Assembly (NCBI RefSeq): GCF_001194135.2
Contig: NC_068994.1
Span: 45,258,909-45,294,504 of the forward strand
DNA from: Octopus bimaculoides
Taxonomy: Eukaryota
DNA: 35,596 bases
Direction of reading: 5' to 3'
Of the stretch, positions 1-10,015 are shown in pieces; position 1 is the stretch's first letter; every line of letters starts with the position of its first letter. The notes below the pieces were generated by a model that was not told the origin of the DNA, did not search any database, and saw only the letters and a list, made by a program, of their open reading frames with translations. Both the position numbers and the translations under genes were made by a program.

Positions 1-697
1 CAAAATTCCGTGTTAATTTATATTGCATTTGTTTTGGAGTATGTGGCCCATTGCCTCCTTCCCCTGTATCTTCTGCTGATTTAAACCTTTTCCTCCTTTT
101 TTACTTTTCTTTTTCTATTTCTATTTCTTTGTTTCTTTGTATTCTTTACAGTTGAGTAAAGCTATGCTGCCCTTTTGTTTTACTAAGTTCTGTCATATAT
201 AAACTGTCAAATATATACTGTCATATATATACTGTCATATCAAAGTAAGTTATTCACATAATTGACCAATCTACATAGTGTAAACCATAAAGAAGGTTCG
301 ATTTTTCGTTAAGGAAAAGTTGCTTAGTAAGCTTCTGAAATAGACCAAAGTTTTGAAAAAAATAAAAAAGTTTTTTCATACTGTCTTTGTTTAGCAAAAA
401 CGAATTTCAATCACGTAAAAGAAAAGAAAAAAAAACAAAAAAAAACAAAACTTCTTTGAAACTAGAAAATTAGCGACTTACTGTATTTTAAAGTCTAGTA
501 CGATTAAAACATAACTTGTTTGATCATCTAAAATATGGTGATGTAAGTTAATTACGAAAGTTAATAGAAACAAACAAAATGATTTATTTTTTGCGAGCAT
601 ATTTCAAACGGCTGTCTCATTATCATTATTTTAACTTGAAAATGCAGCGAGTTCGCAGAATCGTTAGCATGCCGGACAAAATACTTCGTGGCGTTTC

Positions 698-1354
698 GGA
701 TCTTTTTTAAAACGGGGGCCACATTTTTCATTAACGAAACACTTTGAAACTTGGAACACTGGTAGAATGTGTCATATAAAACATCTTTTTCTCTTAGTCT
801 TCTTAAAAAAAAAAGAAATCCATAAATTATTCCATGTTAAAGTTGTCGTATTTCTGTAATTTCAACCAATCACTGACGTCCATTCAGCCGATATACATTA
901 AGCGCCGACTACATAAACAAACGATTCTGAAACAATTAACCCTAACCCTAACCCTNNNNNNNNNNNNNNNNNNNNNNNNNNNNNNNNNNNNNNNNNNNNN
1001 NNNNNNNNNNNNNNNNNNNNNNNNNNNNNNNNNNNNNNNNNNNNNNNNNNNNNNNNNTAGAGTTAGGGTTAGGGTTAGGGTTAAAGCAAATTTAAAATGA
1101 AAAAAGCAAATAAAACGAAGAATCGTTTGTTTATGTAGTCGGCACTTAATGTATATCGGCTGAATGGACGTCAGTGATTGGTTGAAATTATCGAAATAAG
1201 ACAATTTTTTACATGAAATAAATTCGAATACAAAAATATTTTTCTGTTCTATAACACAAAATAGATAAGTATACGAAGTTTGTAAGTCTTTCGGTACCAA
1301 AAACACTACGTAAAACATTAATGAAAAATGTGGCCCTCGTTTTAAAAAAGATCC
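698..1354. mobile_element. Non-autonomous foldback DNA transposon (MITE-like) with 8-bp TSD and telomeric-repeat core
   Basis: TIRs at 698-734 and 1318-1354 (36/37 identical, beginning GGATC). Inner inverted repeat at 857-928 and 1119-1190 (71/72). Direct repeat GGCGTTTC at 690-697 and 1355-1362. The superfamily is uncertain: GG termini with an 8-bp TSD fit Merlin, and hAT, P or Mutator-like are not excluded. Confidence 0.9.
937..1083. repeat. Interstitial telomere-type repeat, (TAACCC)n - N gap - (GGGTTA)n
   Basis: taaccctaaccctaaccct at 937-955 and gttagggttagggttagggtta at 1062-1083. The gap at 956-1057 hides the centre. Confidence 0.9.
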
Positions 1355-1549
1355 GGCGTTTCTTTCGGCTTTACGTTCTGAGTTCAAATGCCACCGAGGT
1401 TGATGTTGCCTTTCATCCTTTCGGAGATCGATAAAATAAGTAAGCACCAATCAAGCACTGGGTCGATATAAGCAGAAGCACACTTGATAATGCAGTAGAA
1501 ACTCGCAAAGAATTGTTGAAAATAGGATGCCAATAATCAAATAATTCTT

Positions 1550-2776
1550 GCTAATTTTGGTCAGCAAATTTAATGGAAAGGGAAAGGGAAAGTCAGTTTG
1601 AACTCAGAACGTAAAGAACCGGAAGAAATAACGCTCAGCATTTTGTCCGACAACTCTGTTAGCTTGCCACCTTATTAAAAAATCAGATAATCCTTAATCC
1701 TATTGGCAGAAATTAGCAGGTAGAGGCTAGTCGATTACATCGACCCCAGTGGTACTTATTTTATCGATCCCGAAAGAATGAAAGGCAAAGTTGGCCTCGG
1801 CGGAATTCGAACTCAGAACTCAAAGTGTCGGAAGAGTCGAAATGCCGCTATGTATTTCATCCGGCATGCTAACGATTCTGCTGCTATACAAAAATCAAAC
1901 AAAGGTTTCAAATTTTGGTACAAGGCAAACGATTTCAGGGTAGAGGATAAGTCGATTACCTCTACCCCAGTATTCAACAGGTACTTATTTTATCGCCCCC
2001 TAAAGGATGAAAAGTAAAGTCGACTTCGGAAGAATTTGAACTCAGAACGTAAAGACAGACAAAATGCCGGAAAAGCATTTTGCCAGGCGTGCTAGCGATT
2101 CTGTCCGCTCTCCGCCTTGACCACAACAAAAATAATGGTTTCACATTTTGGCCGAAGGCCAGCAATTTCAAAAGAGGAGTAAGTCGATTACATCGACTCA
2201 ATGACCAACTGGTACTTATTTTGTCGATCCCAAAAGAATGAAAAGTAAAGTCGACCTCGACGGAATTTGAACTCAGAACATAAAGACAGACGAATTGCCG
2301 CTCTAAGCATTTTGTCAGTCGTGCTAGCGATTCTGCCAGCAAATGATGGTTTTAGATTTTGGTACAGGGCTAGCTGTTTACTTTTTGTTTTCTCAGGGAA
2401 TGAGTAAGGATTACATCGACTTGACTAATACTTGTTTTATCGACCACGAAAGGATGAAAGACAAAGGGCAACCATGGCGGAATTTGAACTCCGAACGTAA
2501 AGACGAAAGAAATGCCACTATGCATTTTTACCGGCGTGTTTACGAATCTGCAAGTTCACCGCCATCAAGTCATCCTTTCTACTAAAGACACAAAGCCTGA
2601 AATTTGTGGGGAGGGGACTAGTCGATTACATCGACCCCAGTGTTTCACTGGTACTTATTTCATCGACCCCAAAAGGCAAAATCTACGTCGGTAGAATTTG
2701 AACTCAGAACGAAAAGAAGGCGGAAATGCCGCTAAACATTTTTGTCCGACGTGTTTACGAATCTTTCCCGCTCACA
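1550..2776 (-). mobile_element. Head-to-tail array of six diverged family-A SINE copies
   Basis: Copies at about 1550-1673 (internally deleted), 1697-1884, 1903-2118, 2137-2340, 2348-2564 and 2573-2776. The B-box anchor gaactc(a/c)gaac occurs at 1600, 1809, 2038, 2269, 2486 and 2700 (spacing 209-231 bp). Confidence 0.9.
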
Positions 2777-3382
2777 GTCATCACAATTATCAAATAATAA
2801 AAAATATTTATTGCTGTTATTGTTGCTGAGTGTTATATTGGGTGTTATATGTATTGAAGATGTCCTTATTTACAATTGATACAATATTTGTTTCCAGAAA
2901 CGTTGGTTTGATTTTATGACGCTTATNNNNNNNNNNNNNNNNNNNNNNNNNNNNNNNNNNNNNNNNNNNNNNNNNNNNNNNNNNNNNNNNNNNNNNNNNN
3001 NNNNNNNNNNNNNNNNNNNNNNNNNNNNNNNNNNNNNNNNNNNNNNNNNNNNNNNNNNNNNNNNNNNNNNNNNNNNNNNNNNNNNNNNNNNNNNNNNNNN
3101 NNNNNNNNNNNNNNNNNNNNNNNNNNNNNNNNNNNNNNNNNNNNNNNNNNNNNNNNNNNNNNNNNNNNNNNNNNNNNNNNNNNNNNNNNNNNNNNNNNNN
3201 NNNNNNNNNNNNNNNNNNNNNNNNNNNNNNNNNNNNNNNNNNNNNNNNNNNNNNNNNNNNNNNNNNNNNNNNNNNNNNNNNNNNNNNNNNNNNNNNNNNN
3301 NNNNNNNNNNNNNNNNNNNNNNNNNNNNNNNNNNNNNNNNNNNNNNNNNNNNNNNNNNNNNNNNNNNNNNNNNNNNNNNNNN

Positions 3383-3461
<79 letters not shown>

Positions 3462-3945
3462 TAGAGAGAGAGAGGGTGGGGTTAGCTGAAAAAAAAAAGA
3501 AAGCCCTTTGTCATTTAAACAACTGTGTCAATAAAGAGAATAGTTATACCACCACTACCATAACCACCACTATCATAATCACCGCCACCTTCACTACCAT
3601 CACCACCACCAGCACCACCACTACCCTCGCTACCACCACCATTAGCAACAATAGCAACATCTCATAATCACCGCCATCAATATTACCACCCTTACCACTA
3701 TCACTACGATTACACCATCACCACCATCAATACCACGACGACGACCACGACGACCACCACCACCACTAGCAACAACAGCAACAACTCAACAAAATTAACA
3801 AGAACAATAATTACAGTAGCAACAGTAACAACAACAAGAATAATAATAGCAGCAACACAAACAAGAAAAAGCTGCATAAAAAAGAAGAGCAAAAATACAA
3901 AAACAAGAAAGAAAGCCACAACAACAACAACAACAACAACAACAT
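3383..3945. repeat. (AG)n/(AGAT)n followed by a degenerate ACC/ACA/AAC trinucleotide tract
   Basis: Visible directly in the sequence. It explains the poly-T and poly-V ORFs. Confidence 0.95.
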
Positions 3946-4399
3946 GGACAATAACGCTAAAGGGTATCAGCGACCAAAAATTCTAAGGAAGAGAAAGAAA
4001 AAAAAAATGAAAAGGTTACTTTCACTTTCATATTTAAGGAGAAGAATGGAAGGGTATTTACGTCGACTGCAACTACTTGAGAATATAACACGAGTAAGGC
4101 TTGGAATACATAAATATATTTCTATGATTTATTTCTATGATTTCTATGATTTATTTATGTAATATGTTATTTAATTTAAATTTTTAGATTAAATTCTTAG
4201 ATATATTAAGATGGTATATGCCTCACAGCATGGATTTGGACGGGTTCTGAGTTGACTGAGTTGTAGAGTGGTGGTTTGTCTCTAAATTAGTCATATACAT
4301 ATATATTATATATTAGGAAACCCGGTTTAATATTATACCGATTTTTGCCTGTAAGGTTGGAATAAATCTTTTATTCCCTAATATAATTATTATATATAT

Positions 4400-5210
4400 T
4401 CATACTACATATGTGAGAAATTCTGTATGTGGGTGTGTTTGTGGAGTTGTTAGCTAACTCCTCCTACATAACTTTATCGATTTCCATGAAACTTGACACG
4501 TGAGTAAAACTCATGTCTGGCAACCTCATGGCATACTCAGATTGTTGTAAAAATAGATAATAGGGCCCCTGGAAGGGATCCTTATATATACCTAATATAT
4601 TTCATTTTAACAGCCAAGAGAAATAGCCCATTCGCCCAGATTTTAACAGCCAAGGGAAATAACCCATTCATTTTCCTAAATCATTTGGTATAAATCAAAT
4701 TGAGTATGCTTATTTCTTAGTATTTGAACTGTTAGAGTTATTTTCGCAATTTATCCAGTACAACTCTTAAATAAATAGTATTTTCCTAAACAATAGATCC
4801 ACTTATTTCGGTTAGTGACTTATTCACGAATATACCAAAACTAGCGCCGCTGAAGGTAATATTCTCTAGGAACGCACTAAAGCCTTTTCAGAGTTATCTA
4901 CTTTGAATTGTTATTATCTCATATCTGATTAGCCGGTTATTACATAACATGCTTCACGATTTTAGTATACATACCTTATTAGTATTTCCCCCTAAGTTCT
5001 ATATATTCTGGGAACGCATTAAAGCCCTTTTCGGGGATACTTTATTTGAATTTTTACTATCGGGTAACTAATTCCATGTTATTACATAACTGATTTCACA
5101 ATTTGGGTATTCATAACTTATTGGGAATTCCTAAAAACAAGACCCTTTATAAGACAGTTCGGTATTCTCTGTAAATACACAAAAAACATTTTAAGGGCTA
5201 TAATTTTATG
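4400..5210 (+). mobile_element. Possible Helitron/Helentron-like non-autonomous element with internal tandem repeats
   Basis: The start tcatactacat...tgtatgtgggtgtgtttgt...atcgatttccatgaaacttgacac resembles invertebrate Helitron 5' ends. It contains a 30-bp direct repeat (4604-4633 and 4640-4669, 28/30) and diverged units of about 140-160 bp (tattct...ggaacgca at about 4860, 5004 and 5163). The 3' end was not defined. Confidence 0.4.
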
Positions 5211-5264
5211 AAATTCTTTGCTTGTGTTTGATATAATATAATGTTTTCAAATATGATGACTTAC

Positions 5265-5363
5265 ATCGTGGTATTCTATTCTGGTATAAATTTCTTCATG
5301 AAAAACTGTCACAGTTCGCAATTGCTTTACTGGAAGGCGTTCAGGCATTATATGTACACAATG
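5265..5363 (-). CDS. Candidate internal coding exon (99 nt, phase 0-0): HCVHIMPERLPVKQLRTVTVFHEEIYTRIEYHD; product unknown
   Basis: Strong acceptor taacttttcattctcccctcccccgatatcttaacAG and consensus donor GAT|GTAAGT. The length is divisible by 3, and only phase 0 is open (the other two frames hit stops within 8 codons). Confidence 0.55.
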
Positions 5364-5511
5364 CTGTTAAGATATCGGGGGAGGGGAGAATGAAAAGTTA
5401 GTGCGTATCACATGTTCTCAGTTGACCTATAGGTGCAAGAAAGACACGCTCAAGAAAGCATTTGAAGATATTTTACGTATTGTAAAATATGAATCAGACT
5501 GTATACTTTAC

Positions 5512-5532
5512 CTCTGCTGGTCTGTTGAAGGT
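5512..5532 (-). CDS. Candidate 21-nt micro-exon (phase 0: TFNRPAE)
   Basis: Acceptor ttgttcgtcttctctttctatcAG and donor GAG|GTAAAG. A 148-nt intron (5364-5511) would join it in frame to the 99-nt exon. Confidence 0.45.
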
Positions 5533-5557
5533 CTGATAGAAAGAGAAGACGAACAAA

Positions 5558-5561
<4 letters not shown>

Positions 5562-5606
<45 letters not shown>

Positions 5607-5629
5607 CACACACACACAGACACACACAG
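5562..5629. repeat. (AC)n microsatellite running into a gap
   Basis: Visible directly in the sequence. Confidence 0.95.
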
Positions 5630-6003
5630 NNNNNNNNNNNNNNNNNNNNNNNNNNNNNNNNNNNNNNNNNNNNNNNNNNNNNNNNNNNNNNNNNNNNNNN
5701 NNNNNNNNNNNNNNNNNNNNNNNNNNNNNNNNNNNNNNNNNNNNNNNNNNNNNNNNNNNNNNNNNNNNNNNNNNNNNNNNNNNNNNNNNNNNNNNNNNNN
5801 NNNNNNNNNNNNNNNNNNNNNNNNNNNNNNNNNNNNNNNNNNNNNNNNNNNNNNNNNNNNNNNNNNNNNNNNNNNNNNNNNNNNNNNNNNNNNNNNNNNN
5901 NNNNNNNNNNNNNNNNNNNNNNNNNNNNNNNNNNNNNNNNNNNNNNNNNNNNNNNNNNNNNNNNNNNNNNNNNNNNNNNNNNNNNNNNNNNNNNNNNNNN
6001 NNN

Positions 6004-6063
6004 CCCAGGGTGCCGCACATGGTTTGGAAACAAGCTTTTTACCGCACAGCCACGCCTGCGCCT
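6004..6063 (-). mobile_element. 5' head fragment of a tRNA-derived SINE (family C-like), internally deleted
   Basis: The reverse complement ggcgcaggcgtggctgtgcggtaaaaagcttgtttccaaaccatgtgcggcaccctggg has an A-box-like tggctgtgcgg, and the B box is missing. It resembles an abundant octopus SINE head as I recall it. Confidence 0.55.
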
Positions 6064-7014
6064 TAGAACTATTTCTTTATACATCCACTGATATTGGTAT
6101 AAAGATTCGGTTAAGATCAATAAAACTGTCAGAAGTTTCAGTTTTGGAAATGGAAGGTGTAGTGAAGTCGAGTAAGGTGGTCAAGTTTACAATCACTATA
6201 CATGGTGTTCAAACATAAATTTAAGCTAATACTGTGGAAATTGATTTACCTCTTCTTGGTAAGCTATAAATCAATGAAAAAAAAACAAAAAACAAAAAAC
6301 AAAAAAAAAACAGCAAAAAAAACGCAGTGAGTATTAGAGGACGTTAAATAAATCTAAAGTAATTAAGAACAATTTTTAATCCTTTCACTGTCGATCTTCA
6401 GTATTTTATGATAATTTGTTACTGTCTTCACACAGATGAAAATGGCATGCTTCATGGTTCATTTACCACTCATCAAAAGACAAACACCTCCTCATTCCTC
6501 TGCTTAAAAAGGGTTCTTATAGCAAATCACTAGTTAAATCAATCACGAACAAGAAATGATCAGTAACGGCTTGACTAATTTGCATATCATGCTTTTGATG
6601 TCGACGTGATTAAATAATTAAGAAGTACTTAATCTCAACGCACCGCGTATTAGTAGCACAAATTTGAGTCAAATTTAAAGTAGTCAAACTACAGTTTTTC
6701 CAGAAACCTTTTGCTGTGGAATTGTAAAAAAGGTATAAACATATTTTCTAAAAATTTTCGTACGCAAGAAAACAAAAGAATGATGTGATGTATTTCACTG
6801 CTCGCAGCTACTTAAAATCCGTTACAGGGTTCTATATTTCACTGATTGAATAAACTACACCTTCGCGAAGTCACTATCAAAGAAAGAAGTTATTATAAAC
6901 ATTAGCTTTTATATTTCATCTGAGGCTTGCTTTTCATTGCACAGTCTCTAATTTTACGCACATCACATTCGTTTCTAACTCTTTCTCTCTTTACATACAC
7001 ACAAACACACACAA

Positions 7015-7015
<1 letters not shown>

Positions 7016-7049
<34 letters not shown>

Positions 7050-7116
7050 TGTATGTATGTATGTATGTATGTATGTATGTATGTATGTATGTATGTATGT
7101 ATATATATATATATAT
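7016..7116. repeat. (TATG)n(TA)n microsatellite
   Basis: Visible directly in the sequence. Confidence 0.95.
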
Positions 7117-7673
7117 NNNNNNNNNNNNNNNNNNNNNNNNNNNNNNNNNNNNNNNNNNNNNNNNNNNNNNNNNNNNNNNNNNNNNNNNNNNNNNNNNNNN
7201 NNNNNNNNNNNNNNNNNNNNNNNNNNNNNNNNNNNNNNNNNNNNNNNNNNNNNNNNNNNNNNNNNNNNNNNNNNNNNNNNNNNNNNNNNNNNNNNNNNNN
7301 NNNNNNNNNNNNNNNNNNNNNNNNNNNNNNNNNNNNNNNNNNNNNNNNNNNNNNNNNNNNNNNNNNNNNNNNNNNNNNNNNNNNNNNNNNNNNNNNNNNN
7401 NNNNNNNNNNNNNNNNNNNNNNNNNNNNNNNNNNNNNNNNNNNNNNNNNNNNNNNNNNNNNNNNNNNNNNNNNNNNNNNNNNNNNNNNNACGGTGATCAC
7501 CATAAGATTTAAGCTTATATAAACATACCATTATTTATTATTCACAGGATATGTATATATATGTATATATACTTATACACACACACACACACATATATAT
7601 GTAGATATATATGAATGTGTGTATGTATATATATGTACATATATATGTACATATATATGTATGTGTGTATATA

Positions 7674-7734
7674 TGTTATTAAAACAAAATGGTGTTTTCT
7701 TTCGTTCGAGAACAGCTGAATCCTGGGCACACAC

Positions 7735-7812
<78 letters not shown>

Positions 7813-7941
7813 ATACACATTTATAAATATACATAAATGCTTGTATGTGTGCGTGGGTCTGTGTGTCTGTATGTGGATATGTGTATACCTGGAATTCACC
7901 TATTCTCGAACGAAACAAAACGCCATTTTGTTTCTGTAACA
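7674..7941. mobile_element. Old MITE-like foldback: 60-bp inverted arms around (TCTA)n and TG-rich core
   Basis: 7675-7734 against the reverse complement of 7881-7940 gives 48/60 identity, ungapped. The termini are TGTTA...TAACA. No TSD can be resolved because the flanks are microsatellite. Confidence 0.65.
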
Positions 7942-8213
7942 CACAGACACACACATATATATATATATGTATACATGTATATACATACTCACGCATATGT
8001 ACATATACACCTTCATGCACACATATATATATTATCATTGTCTTTGAGTGTATGTTTATATTAAGTTCTCTAAGAATATACTCACATATTTAGGCATACA
8101 CATAGATAATTAAACATTCACATAATATATGCATACGTATATGCATATATATACATATATGTATATATGTATATGCGTACGTTATGTATGTTTATACATA
8201 TATATATATGTAC

Positions 8214-8247
<34 letters not shown>

Positions 8248-8856
8248 NNNNNNNNNNNNNNNNNNNNNNNNNNNNNNNNNNNNNNNNNNNNNNNNNNNNN
8301 NNNNNNNNNNNNNNNNNNNNNNNNNNNNNNNNNNNNNNNNNNNNNNNNNNNNNNNNNNNNNNNNNNNNNNNNNNNNNNNNNNNNNNNNNNNNNNNNNNNN
8401 NNNNNNNNNNNNNNNNNNNNNNNNNNNNNNNNNNNNNNNNNNNNNNNNNNNNNNNNNNNNNNNNNNNNNNNNNNNNNNNNNNNNNNNNNNNNNNNNNNNN
8501 NNNNNNNNNNNNNNNNNNNNNNNNNNNNNNNNNNNNNNNNNNNNNNNNNNNNNNNNNNNNNNNNNNNNNNNNNNNNNNNNNNNNNNNNNNNNNNNNNNNN
8601 NNNNNNNNNNNNNNNNNNNNNNNNNNNNNNNNNNNNNNNNNNNNNNNNNNNNNNNNNNNNNNNNNNNNNNNNNNNNNNNNNNNNNNNNNNNNNNNNNNNN
8701 NNNNNNNNNNNNNNNNNNNNNNNNNNNNNNNNNNNNNNNNNNNNNNNNNNNNNNNNNNNNNNNNNNNNNNNNNNNNNNNNNNNNNNNCCAAATGTTTGTC
8801 TAAGTTATTGCATTTTAATGACATGTATTTATATTGCCTCTCTGGTAGAATAAAGA

Positions 8857-8906
<50 letters not shown>

Positions 8907-9007
8907 TGATGTTGACAGCATGAACAACAACCGTTCTTCAATTATGCACAATAATAAGAATCTAAATAATATCAACGATGATCGTGATGATGATGATGAT
9001 GATTATG

Positions 9008-9060
<53 letters not shown>
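8857..9060. repeat. (AAT)n, (GAT)n and (ACT)n trinucleotide tracts
   Basis: Visible directly in the sequence. Confidence 0.95.
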
Positions 9061-9061
<1 letters not shown>

Positions 9062-9265
9062 CATTCTATTATACGCACAAGGCGGAAATTTGGGAGAGGG
9101 GCTAGTCGATTACACCGATCCCAGTGCGTAACTGGTATTTACTTTATCGATGTCGAAAGGATAAGAATTGAACCTCAGAGGAATTTGAACTCAGAACGCA
9201 AAGACGGACGAAATGCCGCTAAGCATTGGTTCGGCATGCTAACTATTCTACCAGCTAATCGCCTT
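9062..9265 (-). mobile_element. Family-A SINE, near full length
   Basis: Same consensus as the array (ctagtcgattacacc...gaatttgaactcagaacgcaaagacggacgaaatgccgctaagcat...cgcctt). Confidence 0.9.
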
Positions 9266-9290
9266 AATAGTAATAATAATAATAATAATC

Positions 9291-9500
9291 CCTTCCACTG
9301 GAGGCACAATGCCTCAAATTTGTGGGGCAGGGGCCTAGTCGATTACATCGACGCCAATGTTTCACTGGTACGTAATTTATCAACGCCGAAAGAATTTGAA
9401 GGCAAAGCCGACCTCTGCTGAGTTTGAACTGAGAACGGAACGACAGGCGAAATACCGCTAAGCATTTCGTCCAGCGTGCTAACGACTCAGCCAGCTCGCC
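9291..9500 (-). mobile_element. Family-A SINE, near full length
   Basis: Same consensus. It is separated from the previous copy only by about 25 bp of (AAT)n. Confidence 0.9.
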
Positions 9501-9508
9501 ATATTGCT

Positions 9509-9536
9509 TAATAATAATAATGATAATAATAATAAT

Positions 9537-9571
<35 letters not shown>

Positions 9572-9638
9572 TGATAATGATGATGATGATGATGATAACA
9601 GTACCCATCATCAATGCTAGCGTTATCATCTTTTTCTT

Positions 9639-9700
<62 letters not shown>

Positions 9701-10015
9701 GCATTGTAATTAAGCACAGCAAGTAGATGTTTAGATTCATAGATGCTCGAGCAGATAGATAAACAGACAGATAGATATATTGACAGAGAAATAGATAGAT
9801 AGATAGATAGATAGATAACGAGACAAACAGACGGAAAGAGAGCGATAGATAGATAGATAGAGACACAGACAGAGAAGATATGGATAGATTGATACATAGA
9901 TAGAAAGACAGGTAGATAGAAAGATAGACATATAGGCTGATAGATAGACAGACAGACCGATAAATAGATAGAGACCGATAAAGAGAGAGATTGATAAATA
10001 GATAGATAGATGGAG
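9509..10015. repeat. Compound (AAT)n/(GAT)n/(ATC)n and degenerate (AGAT)n microsatellites
   Basis: Visible directly in the sequence. It explains the poly-I, poly-M and SIYL ORFs. Confidence 0.95.

Larger units (their letters stand above)
641..1467 (+). mobile_element. tRNA-derived SINE (family A), split by the insertion at 698-1354
   Basis: The 5' part (641-697) has an A-box-like gttcgcagaatcg. The 3' part (1363-1467) has a B-box-like gagttcaaat followed by gcctttcatcctttcggagatcgataaaataag, which resembles the Deu/Nin SINE central domain as I recall it. The two halves rejoin into the same consensus seen in the other copies in this window. Confidence 0.85.

Noticed and set aside
937-1083. 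Ancestral telomere-telomere fusion site or true chromosome end
   Set aside because: The orientation is opposite to a fusion, and the tracts sit inside a TSD-flanked element.
1778-2694. ORFs of 60-122 aa over the SINE array
   Set aside because: They are chance frames through SINE copies, and the same peptides recur at other SINE copies.
1550-2776. CRISPR-like repeat/spacer appearance of the regular array (also the 23-mer and 38-mer arrays)
   Set aside because: The context is eukaryotic. The units are whole SINEs or spacerless tandem repeats, with no unique spacers and no cas genes.
8788-8841. Minus-strand acceptor opening ERQYKYMSLKCNNLDKHL into the gap
   Set aside because: The pyrimidine tract is the (ATT)n microsatellite and the donor would lie in Ns, so it cannot be evaluated.
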